DNA of 64,000 bases from an uncultured bacterium (lineage in GTDB: Bacteria; Oederibacteriota; PGYV01; CAWJRG01): the NCBI GenBank assembly GCA_963845185.1, contig CAWJRG010000010.1:768001-832000 (forward strand), written 5' to 3'. The position numbers and the translations under genes were made by a program. Below the pieces are notes generated by a model. The model was not told where the DNA came from. It made no database searches and saw nothing but the letters and a program-made list of their open reading frames with translations. Numbering within the stretch: the first letter of the stretch is position 1; each line of letters begins with the position of its first letter. Below, in pieces: positions 52,402 to 61,800 of this stretch.

Positions 52402-53559
52402 TTAAAATCTCCCGTAAACAAGTCCCTTGCCCACGTGTTTTTTTAAAAAATTCAATATATCCCTGTGTATTTTTATTTTTTCACCTTTATAATATTTGGA
52501 GCCCGGGAAAGCAATTAGTTTATGCGCGTGTATTTTTATGCCCTGCGCGACAAACCGTTCCATCATTTTCAATGTAGTGTCAATATCCTCCTGGTTTTCA
52601 AAAGGGAACCCGAAAATAAAATCAACATTTGTCTTAAACCCGCTTTTTCTGGCGAGCGAGACCGCTTTTTCAACATCAGCGCTTGTATGCTGCCTGCCTG
52701 TCAGCTTTAAAATCCTGTCTGAACCGGATTGCGCGCCTATTATTATATTGTCGTTGTTGCAGTATTTTCTCAGCAGCAGAATGGTGTCTTCATTTACAAA
52801 TTCCGGCCTGATTTCTGAAGGGAACGAGCCGAGATAAAGCTTTCCCCTGGTTTTTAATGTTTTATTCAGGGTTTTTACAAGGTTTTCAAGAGCTTGATAA
52901 TTTATCGTTTTGCCATCTGGCGAGCCGTATGAGAGTGCGTTTGGCGAGATAAACCTGATGTCGTTAAGCTTGTATTTAAGCATGAACTCAACGTGTCTTA
53001 CTATATCCTCAATGCTGCGGTGCCGCGGCTTTGTTCCGGCGAGTTTTGATGTCTGGCAAAAAGAACAGGCAAAAGGGCATCCCCGCGTTATTTCTATGTA
53101 TAATATCATATTCGGATTTTTAAAAGGGAACGCCGGGTATTTGTTCAGGTCAACAGGGATTCCTTTAATGACACGGGAGACAATATCCGCTGCAGAGTCA
53201 AGGTTTTTGATTAATGCCGGCAATGATTCTTCGCCTTCGCCGCAGATAATATAATCGGCTTTATTGTTAAGGCAGTCCTGCGGGTCGCACGATGCATGCG
53301 GTCCGCCTGCGATTATAACGGCATTATTGAAATTATTTTTGATTTTTTTTATTTCGGAAAATGCTTTTTCTTTTCCTTTGGTTGAAAAAGAATAAATAAA
53401 AACCGGATTTTCATGATTAACCAGCTCCCTGATTTTTTCCACGGAAAACTCATTTAATATGGCGGTTTTTTTATCGTCAAAATATTTGTCTGTTTCAAGC
53501 GCACCCATCAGGGCTGAAATGCTGCTTTTATTGTATTTTGTTAGGCGGTAAATTATCAT
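52402..53559 (-). CDS. B12-binding radical SAM protein (TIGR04013-like)
   Basis: AGGPHAS, GEGEE, EITRGCPFACSFCQT, GSFPSEIRPE. Confidence 0.85.
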   Translation of the reverse strand: MIIYRLTKYNKSSISALMGALETDKYFDDKKTAILNEFSVEKIRELVNHENPVFIYSFSTKGKEKAFSEIKKIKNNFNNAVIIAGGPHASCDPQDCLNNKADYIICGEGEESLPALIKNLDSAADIVSRVIKGIPVDLNKYPAFPFKNPNMILYIEITRGCPFACSFCQTSKLAGTKPRHRSIEDIVRHVEFMLKYKLNDIRFISPNALSYGSPDGKTINYQALENLVKTLNKTLKTRGKLYLGSFPSEIRPEFVNEDTILLLRKYCNNDNIIIGAQSGSDRILKLTGRQHTSADVEKAVSLARKSGFKTNVDFIFGFPFENQEDIDTTLKMMERFVAQGIKIHAHKLIAFPGSKYYKGEKIKIHRDILNFLKKHVGKGLVYGRF

Positions 53560-53620
53560 GGTAAATTCATTATATCCCAGGCGCTTTATATTTAGCAAGT
53601 CAGAAAAAAGTTGGTTATAA

Positions 53621-53743
53621 TCCCTCTCCCTTGACGGGAGAGGGTAGGGTGAGGGTGAAGTAGCGGCAAAAGAGCATTAACACATGAGTGGACAGTTGCT
53701 ACGTCACCCCCATCCCAGCCTTACCCCGTTGAGGGGTAAAGGA
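53621..53743. repeat. Inverted pair of CCCTCTCCC..GGGAGAGGG-type palindromic repeats (REPIN/MITE-like)
   Basis: TCCCTCTCCCTTGACGGGAGAGGGTAGGGTGAGGGTGA at 53621 and diverged inverted copy TCACCCCCATCCCAGCCTTACCCCGTTGAGGGGTAAAGGA at 53704. Confidence 0.75.
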
Positions 53744-53841
53744 TATTGTTAAAACCGATGTGGAAACTGCATGTTAGTAATAAACTCGATTTTTGCTTGT
53801 TTTTGAAGTATAATAATTCAAAATTCCATGAAAGGAGAAAA

Positions 53842-54609
53842 ATGCAGAACAACGATATTTCAATGTGGAAAAAAACATACAACGTGCACGTTTATGAATC
53901 CGACCAGAGGGCAAGGGCAAAACTGACATCCCTGTGCAATTATTTTCAGAACAGCGCTTGGGAGCATTACAATGCCATTAACATGCAGCGGGGCCCGTTT
54001 TTGACTATAAAGCAGATATGGCTCATGACAAGGATGGAAATAGAGTTCAGCAGGTTCCCGCAATGGGACGAGGATATAGAAGCTGTCACCTGGTCCCGCG
54101 GCATTGACAGGATGCTTGCTTTCAGGGATTTTAAAATGATAGGAGAGAAAGGCGATGAGATAGCGCGGGGCACGACAACATGGGTGGTGATTGACATAGA
54201 GACAGGGAAAATACAGCGTCTGGATGAAATGTCGAAAAAATGGCCGTCTTTGCCCGATAACAAAGCAATAGGGAAGTCTGCGGACAAGATTGAAACCCTG
54301 CAAAAACCGGTATATGGCACGGCATTTAAGGCAAAATACAGCGACCTTGACGTCAATATGCATGTAAACAACGTAAAGTATATTGAGTGGGCCCTTGACT
54401 CTTATCCGCTGGAAATAATTGATACAAGGGAAATTAAAAGAATACAGGTTAATTTCGAGGGTGAAACAAAACTGGGCGATGAAGTGGCAGTAGGCTCAGA
54501 AAAAATTTCTGACACCCCGCTTATATTTTTAAATAATGTCGTCAGGAAAAAAGATGATAAAGAAGTTTGCAGGATAAAAATAGAGTGGGGTGAAACGCTT
54601 GTCAAATAA
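53842..54609 (+). CDS. Acyl-ACP thioesterase
   Basis: RFPQWDEDI, YSDLDVNMHVNNVKYIEW; AGGAG RBS before ATG 53842. Confidence 0.9.
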   Translation: MQNNDISMWKKTYNVHVYESDQRARAKLTSLCNYFQNSAWEHYNAINMQRGPFLTIKQIWLMTRMEIEFSRFPQWDEDIEAVTWSRGIDRMLAFRDFKMIGEKGDEIARGTTTWVVIDIETGKIQRLDEMSKKWPSLPDNKAIGKSADKIETLQKPVYGTAFKAKYSDLDVNMHVNNVKYIEWALDSYPLEIIDTREIKRIQVNFEGETKLGDEVAVGSEKISDTPLIFLNNVVRKKDDKEVCRIKIEWGETLVK

Positions 54610-54691
54610 GAATTTATATTGATCATTTGTATTTTTTATCCTTTGTTTTGATGGTAATAGCCAAAAACTACAAAAACAGATACAAAAAGAA

Positions 54692-54720
54692 TTGACAAAA
54701 AAATAAAAGGCAGGTATAAT
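54692..54720 (+). promoter_or_regulatory. Consensus sigma70 promoter
   Basis: TTGACA-17-TATAAT before lipoprotein gene with AGAGGAGG RBS. Confidence 0.75.
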
Positions 54721-54754
54721 TGTCAAGTATCAATAATTTAAGAGGAGGGAACAT

Positions 54755-57067
54755 ATGAAAAATAGCCTTTTAATATTTTTGGTTCTATTTATCGTCATTT
54801 TAATAAGCATTTGCGGATGCAAAAAGCTCAAACCACCTACGTTTCCTGCTGCGGCTTTGGCCACTAGCACGCCAAATATAGCAGCAACAATGCAGGCGCA
54901 GGCAACACAAACCGCAATTTACCTTGAGACAGCGGGCATTTCTGCCCAGCAATCAGCAACAGCCCAAGCGCAGCAAACAGCAACAACACAGGCGCAGGCA
55001 ACACAAACCGCAATCTACCTTGAGACAGCAGGATTTTCTGCGCAGCAATCAGCAACAGCTCAGGCACAGCAGACAACAACTGCCCAGGCTCAGCAGACAT
55101 TAACAGCGCAGGCGCAAGAGACAGCAACTGTTCAGGTGCAGCAGACAGCAACAGCCCAGGCGCAGCAAACATTAACAGCCCAGGCGCAGCAAACATTAAC
55201 AGCCCAGGCGCAACAGACAGAAATAGCCCAGGCGCAGCAGACATTAACAGCTCAGGTACAGCAGACAGCAACAGCCCAGGCACAGCAAACGGCAATTGCC
55301 ATGGCGCAAGAGACAGCAACAGCCCAGGCACAAGAGACAGTGACAGCCCAGGCACAGCAGACAGCCCAGGCACAGGTACAGGCAACTGCGCAGGCACAGG
55401 CAACACAAACCGCGGCTGCATTGCAGACAGCCGGGTTGTCAGCGCAGGAGACTGCGACAGCAGAGGCAGCGGCAACGGCAACAGCTGTGGAGCAGATGGC
55501 CACCTTGGTTGCGGCGGCTCAAAAGACAGCGGATGCGGAACTGACGGCCACGGCAATAGCAATAGCCACTTTTGGCACGGCTACATATACGCCGAATGCC
55601 ACGGAAACGGCAGCGGCGCAGATTGCGACAGCTGAAGCGGCAATTACACTCACATATCTCGCTACAGCGGGCCAGACTGCCCAGGTAGCGGCGACAGAGA
55701 CCGCGACAGCCGCAAATGCAAACGCTACAGCAACCGCCGCGGCTGTTAATACAGCGGAAGCTATGAGAACAGTCGTTACAATATCGCCGTCAAATACTCC
55801 GACTATAAATCTTACTCCAAGCCTCACTCCAACCCTGACTCTTACCCCTACAGCGGGTATTCCGCCTGCGCCTTATACAATATATGCTTATGTATCGTTT
55901 TATGACTTTGACTCCTACGGGACTAATGTATACGGAACTGTTTATATGTATGACGCAAACTATAATACGGTACAAAAAGTAAGCGCAACATTAAAAGATA
56001 TTACAAAAGCATCCCAGGTCAGTTTAACCAATAACGGCAGCGGCTATTGCTACGCCTATTATTATGATGCCAATCCGTCAGGCGACACGTTTGAAGTGGA
56101 TGTTTATTTTAACGGGGTAACTTATACATCACAGGCAGCTATGCCGGCGATCCCCCAGTTGAGTGCAGACGGCAACACGGTTTCATGGCAGTCCGGCATT
56201 ACCAGCGGCAATGTGTATGTTGACGATCCGGCAGGGAATCAGACCCTTGGGCAGAGCATTTCCGGCACCAGCATGGATATCTCTTCGGCTTACACGCCCG
56301 GAGTTTACGGGGAATACTATGTAGGAGTAAATTTATCAAACGCAGGGACATTTACAGGAGGCGCATCGGCATCCAGCAGTTTCAGCGTCAAACACAACAC
56401 AGCCTGGGACGTGGATGTAACATCGGGATCCATAACTGTCATGCCCACGTCCACGCCTGCACCGACAGTCACCGGTATAACAATAGAGGCGATTATAATG
56501 GAAAATGACCTGGAGGGAGGCCTGTCTGCCCAGGACATGGTATATATTATGGACGCAAGTTACAACCCTATAACAGACGCCGGTGTAATAATAAAGGACC
56601 TTACAAAATCCTCGCAGACTACGGTATATTACAATGCAACAAATAATTATTACCAAGTTATTGGGGCTGATTATACAGCCGGAGATACATATGAAGTGGA
56701 TGTGTGCGTGAGCGGAATAACTTATACTGCACAAGCTTCTGCGCCAAGTATCGCAAGCGGGAATTTAAGCACGGACGCCAATACGGTTTCGTGGACTAGC
56801 AACGGAAACTATAATGAGGTAGATGTTGACGACTCAAGCGGCAACCAATTATTTTATCAAACTAACCTGCCTGGAAACAGCGTGGATATTTCATCATATG
56901 ACGCTGCAGTAGGGGATTATTCAGTAAACCTCTGGCTGGGCAATGCATATAGCAATAATTCATCGTTTAGTGGATTAGCCTACGATTCGGCTGTATTTGC
57001 CGGAGTGGGTATGGGCGTGATAGGCATTATATATGAAGCCAGCTGGGATGTGTCTGTCACTTACTAA
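54755..57067 (+). CDS. Surface lipoprotein with Gln/Ala/Thr repeat stalk and two tandem beta-rich domains
   Basis: ICGC lipobox; (AQQTxTAQ)n; TPT linker; two homologous domains (D.YEVDV...GVTYT.QA...W.V.VT). Confidence 0.75.
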   Translation: MKNSLLIFLVLFIVILISICGCKKLKPPTFPAAALATSTPNIAATMQAQATQTAIYLETAGISAQQSATAQAQQTATTQAQATQTAIYLETAGFSAQQSATAQAQQTTTAQAQQTLTAQAQETATVQVQQTATAQAQQTLTAQAQQTLTAQAQQTEIAQAQQTLTAQVQQTATAQAQQTAIAMAQETATAQAQETVTAQAQQTAQAQVQATAQAQATQTAAALQTAGLSAQETATAEAAATATAVEQMATLVAAAQKTADAELTATAIAIATFGTATYTPNATETAAAQIATAEAAITLTYLATAGQTAQVAATETATAANANATATAAAVNTAEAMRTVVTISPSNTPTINLTPSLTPTLTLTPTAGIPPAPYTIYAYVSFYDFDSYGTNVYGTVYMYDANYNTVQKVSATLKDITKASQVSLTNNGSGYCYAYYYDANPSGDTFEVDVYFNGVTYTSQAAMPAIPQLSADGNTVSWQSGITSGNVYVDDPAGNQTLGQSISGTSMDISSAYTPGVYGEYYVGVNLSNAGTFTGGASASSSFSVKHNTAWDVDVTSGSITVMPTSTPAPTVTGITIEAIIMENDLEGGLSAQDMVYIMDASYNPITDAGVIIKDLTKSSQTTVYYNATNNYYQVIGADYTAGDTYEVDVCVSGITYTAQASAPSIASGNLSTDANTVSWTSNGNYNEVDVDDSSGNQLFYQTNLPGNSVDISSYDAAVGDYSVNLWLGNAYSNNSSFSGLAYDSAVFAGVGMGVIGIIYEASWDVSVTY
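54893..55440 (+). repeat. Coding tandem repeats (24-bp period plus 96-bp duplication)
   Basis: ACAGCCCAGGCGCAGCAAACATTA-like units; 54893 and 54989 near-identical at 96-bp offset. Confidence 0.85.
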
Positions 57068-57085
57068 TCCTATATTTTAAAAGCC

Positions 57086-58174
57086 TTAGAAAGGTAAATC
57101 AAGCTGGTTTTTATCCTCTGTTTTTACAGGCAAAGGCGGGCTTTCGTTGAAATTATGCATTGAGACGCCGAGCAGCCTGATTTTCTTTTTCCCTGCATCG
57201 GTTTTTAAGAGAAGTTTTTCAATATATCCCATTATTGTCGCGCCTGACTGCACGGGCTTTTCCACGGTTATGCTCCTTGTTATCTGCTGGAAGTCAAAAT
57301 ATTTTATTTTCAGGGTTATTGTTTTTCCTTTTTTATCGGTTTCCTTTAAAAGCTTTTCCACCTCAAAGCACAATTCTTCGAGTATTTCCCTGATTTTTTC
57401 CGTGTTGGTTATGTCCTCTGGCAGGGTTGTTTCCCTGCCTATTGATTTCCTTTCCCAGTTCGGCTCGACAGGCGAGTCGTCAATGCCGCGCGCTAAATTA
57501 TAAAACCACTCGCCTGATTTGCCGAAGTGTTCTGTAAGTTCTTCCATGGATTTTTTCTTTAAATCCAGCCCAGTCCTAACGCCTATCTTATGCATTTCTT
57601 TTTCAGTGACCTTGCCCACGCCGTGAAAGCTTCCTATTGCCAGCTTGGAAATGAATACGTCGGCATCTTTGGGCGCGACCACGGTCAGGCCGTCCGGCTT
57701 TTTAAATCCTGACGCGATTTTTGCCAGGAACTTATTGTATGAAACGCCTGCAGAGGCAGTGAGCCGTGTTTTTTCATATATTTTTTGTTTTATCTGTTTT
57801 GCTATTTCAGTGGCGGATGATATTCCTTTTTCATTTTCCGTGACGTCAAGATAAGCTTCGTCGAGCGAGGCAGGCTCAACAAGGCCGGTGTATTCATGGA
57901 AGATTTCATTTATCTGGTTGGAAACTTCTTCATATTTGTCAAAATTCGGATGCACAAGGATTGCCTGAGGGCATAGTTGCATGGCCTTTGCAGAGGACAT
58001 GGCAGAGCGCACGCCGAACTTACGCGCCGCATAAGAGCATGCAGCTACTACGCCGCGCTCTTTTATTGTGCCGCCGACAATTACGGGCTTTCCTCGCAAT
58101 GCAGGGTCATCCCTCTGCTCTACTGACGCGTAAAACGCGTCCATATCTATGTGGATGATTTTTCTTGGTTTCAT
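57086..58174 (-). CDS. dinB: DNA polymerase IV
   Basis: IIHIDMDAFYASVEQRD, SLDEAYLD, KFLAKIAS..KPDG; C-terminal clamp motif QLDLPF. Confidence 0.96.
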   Translation of the reverse strand: MKPRKIIHIDMDAFYASVEQRDDPALRGKPVIVGGTIKERGVVAACSYAARKFGVRSAMSSAKAMQLCPQAILVHPNFDKYEEVSNQINEIFHEYTGLVEPASLDEAYLDVTENEKGISSATEIAKQIKQKIYEKTRLTASAGVSYNKFLAKIASGFKKPDGLTVVAPKDADVFISKLAIGSFHGVGKVTEKEMHKIGVRTGLDLKKKSMEELTEHFGKSGEWFYNLARGIDDSPVEPNWERKSIGRETTLPEDITNTEKIREILEELCFEVEKLLKETDKKGKTITLKIKYFDFQQITRSITVEKPVQSGATIMGYIEKLLLKTDAGKKKIRLLGVSMHNFNESPPLPVKTEDKNQLDLPF

Positions 58175-58219
58175 GGTAAAATAAGTATACAATTTCATTT
58201 TTTGAAAAGGAAGAAAATT

Positions 58220-59554
58220 ATGAAAAGGATTTTGCTCATCAACCCGTGGATTTACGATTTCAAGAGCCATGATTTCTGGATAAAGCCTTTCGGGCTATTA
58301 AGGATAGCGTCGCTGCTCAAAGACAAGGGATTTAAAGTTGACTTGATTGACTGCATGGACAGGCAGGACGAGAGCATTCCTGATGAGTTCAGGCAGAGCG
58401 ATGAATACGGCAAGGGCAGGTTTTATAGCGAAATTATAGCGGAAAAGCCGAAACCATATAATAAGGTCCCGAGAAATTATAAAAGATACGGCATTACTCC
58501 TGATGCCTTCAACAAAAAACTTGAAAAGCTGGAAAAGCCAGATTTGGTTCTTGTGACTTCGAGCATGACTTATACTTATGAAGGCGTATACCATGCCATA
58601 AGCCTGCTGAAAGAAAATTTTTCCGGCGTCCATATAATACTCGGCGGGATTTACGCAACCCTATGTTTTGACCACGCCAGGGAAAAGTCAGGCGCCAACA
58701 CAGTATGGAAAGGCGACATAAATAATTATTTTTTAATGTCGCTGAACAGACTCACAGGAGTGTCGTTTGACCCCATGGAAGAAAATGATTTTAACGAGTT
58801 TATCCCTGATTATTCGTTTTATCCGCATACGCCGTATGTTGTCATGCGTCTCACAAAAGGCTGCCCTTACACCTGCACGTACTGCGCCATAAAGGAACTT
58901 TGCGAGGGGTTTTACCAGCGCAAGCCCGGAAATATACTGAAGGAATTCGAGTCGTACCATAACCGCGGCATTAAAAATATAGCGTTTTACGACGACGCCT
59001 TATTTTACAAGAACCATTTCATAAAACAGATTTTGCGGGAGCTGGTTAGCAGGAAATACGGTTTTAACCTGCACACGCCAAACGGCCTGCATGCCGCCTA
59101 CATTGACGGCGAGCTCGCTGTGCTCATGAAACAGGCGGGCTTTGTGGATGTGCGGGTCTCGCTCGAGACAAGCGATTACAGCATGCAGAAAACAACCGGC
59201 GGCAAAGTGTCAAATGATTTGTTTGAGCAGGCAATAAAAAATTTACGGGACGCAGGCTATAAAGATGACGATATAGGGATTTACCTGCTCGCCGGCATGC
59301 CCGGGCAGGACCTGGACTCAATATTAAAAGACGTTGATTACGTGAAACAATTTGATTTAAAGGTAAAAATAGCCAATTATTCGCCAATGACTGCAACGGC
59401 GGATTTTGCGAAATTCAGGTCCGACGTAAAGGCCGGCCTCCAGAAAGAGCCTCTCATGCAGAATGAGTTTTACTTCTTATCAATCAACACCGATTTTAAC
59501 TGGAAAATGTACCAGCAGGTAAAAGAGGAAATACAGGATAAAGACGAGGATTGA
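58220..59554 (+). CDS. B12-binding radical SAM protein
   Basis: ILLINPWIYDF, GGIYATL, TKGCPYTCTYC, FYDDAL, HTPNGLH. Confidence 0.85.
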   Translation: MKRILLINPWIYDFKSHDFWIKPFGLLRIASLLKDKGFKVDLIDCMDRQDESIPDEFRQSDEYGKGRFYSEIIAEKPKPYNKVPRNYKRYGITPDAFNKKLEKLEKPDLVLVTSSMTYTYEGVYHAISLLKENFSGVHIILGGIYATLCFDHAREKSGANTVWKGDINNYFLMSLNRLTGVSFDPMEENDFNEFIPDYSFYPHTPYVVMRLTKGCPYTCTYCAIKELCEGFYQRKPGNILKEFESYHNRGIKNIAFYDDALFYKNHFIKQILRELVSRKYGFNLHTPNGLHAAYIDGELAVLMKQAGFVDVRVSLETSDYSMQKTTGGKVSNDLFEQAIKNLRDAGYKDDDIGIYLLAGMPGQDLDSILKDVDYVKQFDLKVKIANYSPMTATADFAKFRSDVKAGLQKEPLMQNEFYFLSINTDFNWKMYQQVKEEIQDKDED

Positions 59555-59707
59555 ATATTTAGCTATATTTATAAAGCTTTTTTCAACAAAATCAACTTTT
59601 CTGCAACTATTTGCATAAAAGTATTGACTTTTTTGCAAAGCAATGAACAAAAGTTGAGTGCAAACCCTATTAATGTGGCATACCAAGCCATGCCTCAAAT
59701 ACAATTC

Positions 59708-59761
59708 TTGACAATTAAATGATTTTTAGCTATAATATATTTAGTTTTGGTAATTACCAAA
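59708..59761 (+). promoter_or_regulatory. abiE promoter with palindromic operator
   Basis: TTGACA(59708)-17-TATAAT(59731); perfect palindrome TTTGGTAATTACCAAA at 59746-59761. Confidence 0.75.
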
Positions 59762-59787
59762 TTATGGCAATAGAAGGAACTAAAAAA

Positions 59788-60576
59788 ATGGATAAAAAAG
59801 ACATGGGCTATAAAAGTATTTCAAAAGATGAGCTTGAGCTTATTTCCCGGGCTGAATTTACAGGGGAAAAGGTACTGACCGGAGAGTACGCGGCCACGGT
59901 ATTCGGTGATAAGAAAAAGGCAGCCAAAACACTTTATCGCCTCGCTAAAAAAGGCCGCCTGATACAGATACAGCGCGGCAAGTATTTTATTGTGCCTATA
60001 CGGGCGCCTAAACAGCTCTGGATGCCGAATGAATTTATAGCCGCCAAATACTGGATGGAAGGGACGCCTTATTACATAGGATATTTTACCATGTACAATT
60101 ACTGGGGTTTCACCGAGCAGATTCCGCAGATACTTTTTGTTTTAAACACCGCGAAGTCTTTGGAAAAAACAATAGGAGTGTTAAGGTTCAAAGCTGTTAA
60201 AATAAGCCAGGACAAGTACTACGGCATACAGGAGCTGGAAATTGACGGTGAAAAAGTAAATATCAGCGATAAAGAGCGTACACTTGTAGATTTTGTTTAT
60301 AACCCGCTTGGTTCATTTGACAATCTTAAAGAAGTGCTTATATCAAACGCGCCGGATATAGACATGGAAAAATTCGCGGAATATCTTATTAAATACCCTG
60401 AAATAGCGGTGCGTAAACGGGCGGGATATATACTGGAAAAAGCGGGAGCAGAATCCCGGTTCATGAAAAAAATAAAAAAGACGTTTGACCCGGACGCGTC
60501 AAAGGTTGTTTTAAATCCGTTCAATAAATCAGGAAAAGGAAAAACAGACAGGAATTGGGGGTTAATCATAAATTAA
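59788..60576 (+). CDS. Type IV TA antitoxin, AbiEi family
   Basis: wHTH LYRLAKKGRLIQIQRGKY, YYIGY..WGFTEQIP, SDKERTLVD. Confidence 0.85.
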   Translation: MDKKDMGYKSISKDELELISRAEFTGEKVLTGEYAATVFGDKKKAAKTLYRLAKKGRLIQIQRGKYFIVPIRAPKQLWMPNEFIAAKYWMEGTPYYIGYFTMYNYWGFTEQIPQILFVLNTAKSLEKTIGVLRFKAVKISQDKYYGIQELEIDGEKVNISDKERTLVDFVYNPLGSFDNLKEVLISNAPDIDMEKFAEYLIKYPEIAVRKRAGYILEKAGAESRFMKKIKKTFDPDASKVVLNPFNKSGKGKTDRNWGLIIN

Positions 60577-61441
60577 AAGGATTGAAGGGGAAAGTTTAAA
60601 AGAATTATGCGGCGCGCTTGCCGGGCAGCACGGGTTCAGGCCGGCAGTCATTGAGAAGGATTATTACCTGACCATGTTGCTGAGTCATATAGGGGAAATA
60701 GCGGGCAACAGCCTGGTTCTTAAAGGCGGTACACTGCTTAACAAAATGTACCTAAACTATTACAGGATGAGCGAAGACCTGGATTTTTCTTATGCCGGCA
60801 AAGAAGATATTGATTCAAGAGGCAAAAGGTCAAAAGCCATGGCTCCGCTTAAAAAGGAAATGGCTGATTTTTTAGTCGGCCTCGGCATGCGGCTGGAACA
60901 ACAGGAAAGCAGGGGCTTTAACAACTCGACCCAGTATGTTTTCGTGGCGCTGTATGATTCAGTATTCATCGGTAAAAATGAGAAAATTAAAATCGAAATA
61001 TCATTAAGGGCGCGTGTGTATGATACGCCCGTACTGATGGAAGTAAAACATTTTTACAAGGATATATTTACCGGCGAGGACCTGATACCCGGCGGCAAAG
61101 TGCTGTCGCTCTCGTACAACGAAGCTGTTGCCGAAAAACTTAAGGCGTCCATAACAAGGCAAAACCCGGCTATAAGGGATTTTTATGATTTGAAACATAT
61201 TTATGATGCTGGTTTTGACTTTGGGAATGACTCATTTATCAGGTTATTTCAAATTAAGTTAAGCGATGAAAAATATTCCGGTAATTACACGGTTAATTTT
61301 GGTATGGATGATGGTGAAATAGAGCTTTTGAGAAAGCAGATAGAAGTGGATTTGAAACCTGTGATACGGAATGAAGAAGATTTTAATCTTGATGCTGTTT
61401 TTAAGACATTCAATCCGATCTTGAGCGGTTTGACAAAATAA
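60572..61441 (+). CDS. Type IV TA toxin, AbiEii nucleotidyltransferase (start uncertain; first ATG at 60674)
   Basis: IEKDYY (upstream of first ATG), LKGGT, YRMSEDLDF, AEKLKA, RDFYDL. Confidence 0.85.
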   Translation: MKRIEGESLKELCGALAGQHGFRPAVIEKDYYLTMLLSHIGEIAGNSLVLKGGTLLNKMYLNYYRMSEDLDFSYAGKEDIDSRGKRSKAMAPLKKEMADFLVGLGMRLEQQESRGFNNSTQYVFVALYDSVFIGKNEKIKIEISLRARVYDTPVLMEVKHFYKDIFTGEDLIPGGKVLSLSYNEAVAEKLKASITRQNPAIRDFYDLKHIYDAGFDFGNDSFIRLFQIKLSDEKYSGNYTVNFGMDDGEIELLRKQIEVDLKPVIRNEEDFNLDAVFKTFNPILSGLTK

Positions 61442-61465
61442 ACGCTATCTTAACAGGAGTGAATA

Positions 61466-61618
61466 GACTTTGTAAAATTCAGGCCGGACATAAAAGCAGC
61501 GCTTCAAACAGAACCACTCACACAGAATGAGTTTTATTTTCTTTCAATCAATACCGATTTTAACTGGAAAATGTACCAGCAGGTAAAAGAGGAAATACAG
61601 GAGGAAGACGAGGAGTGA
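61466..61618 (+). pseudogene. Second, diverged copy of the radical SAM gene 3' end (50 codons)
   Basis: DFVKFRPDIKAALQTEPLTQNEFYFLSINTDFNWKMYQQVKEEIQEEDEE* vs 59402-59554; no start codon, in-frame stop upstream. Confidence 0.9.
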
Positions 61619-61622
61619 CCAT

Positions 61623-61660
61623 ACTTCCCCCTTTAATAAAGGGGGACAAAGGGGGATTTA
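61623..61660. repeat. CCCCCTTT..AAAGGGGG palindromic repeat
   Basis: TCCCCCTTTAATAAAGGGGGACAAAGGGGGATTT; same hairpin-plus-G-tract layout as 53621. Confidence 0.65.
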
Positions 61661-61664
61661 AGTC

Positions 61665-61800
61665 ATGACGCAAATACAATTCTTGGCAGTTGAGTGATTT
61701 TCAGCTATAATATATTTAGTTTCGGTAATTATCAAATTATGAGAATAGAAGAAACTAAAAAATGGATAGAAAAGATAAGAGATATAAAGGTATTTCAAAA
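61665..61800 (+). repeat. Diverged copy of abiE promoter/leader (59690-59826)
   Basis: TTGGCA(61683)-17-TATAAT(61706), degenerate palindrome, remnant MDRKDKRYKGISK vs AbiEi MDKKDMGYKSISK. Confidence 0.88.

Noticed and set aside
54893..55440. Regular repeats as a CRISPR array
   Set aside because: In-frame coding repeats without unique spacers; no cas genes
58175..58219. LexA box upstream of dinB
   Set aside because: No recognisable CTGT-N8-ACAG or GAAC-N4-GTTC in the 45-bp gap
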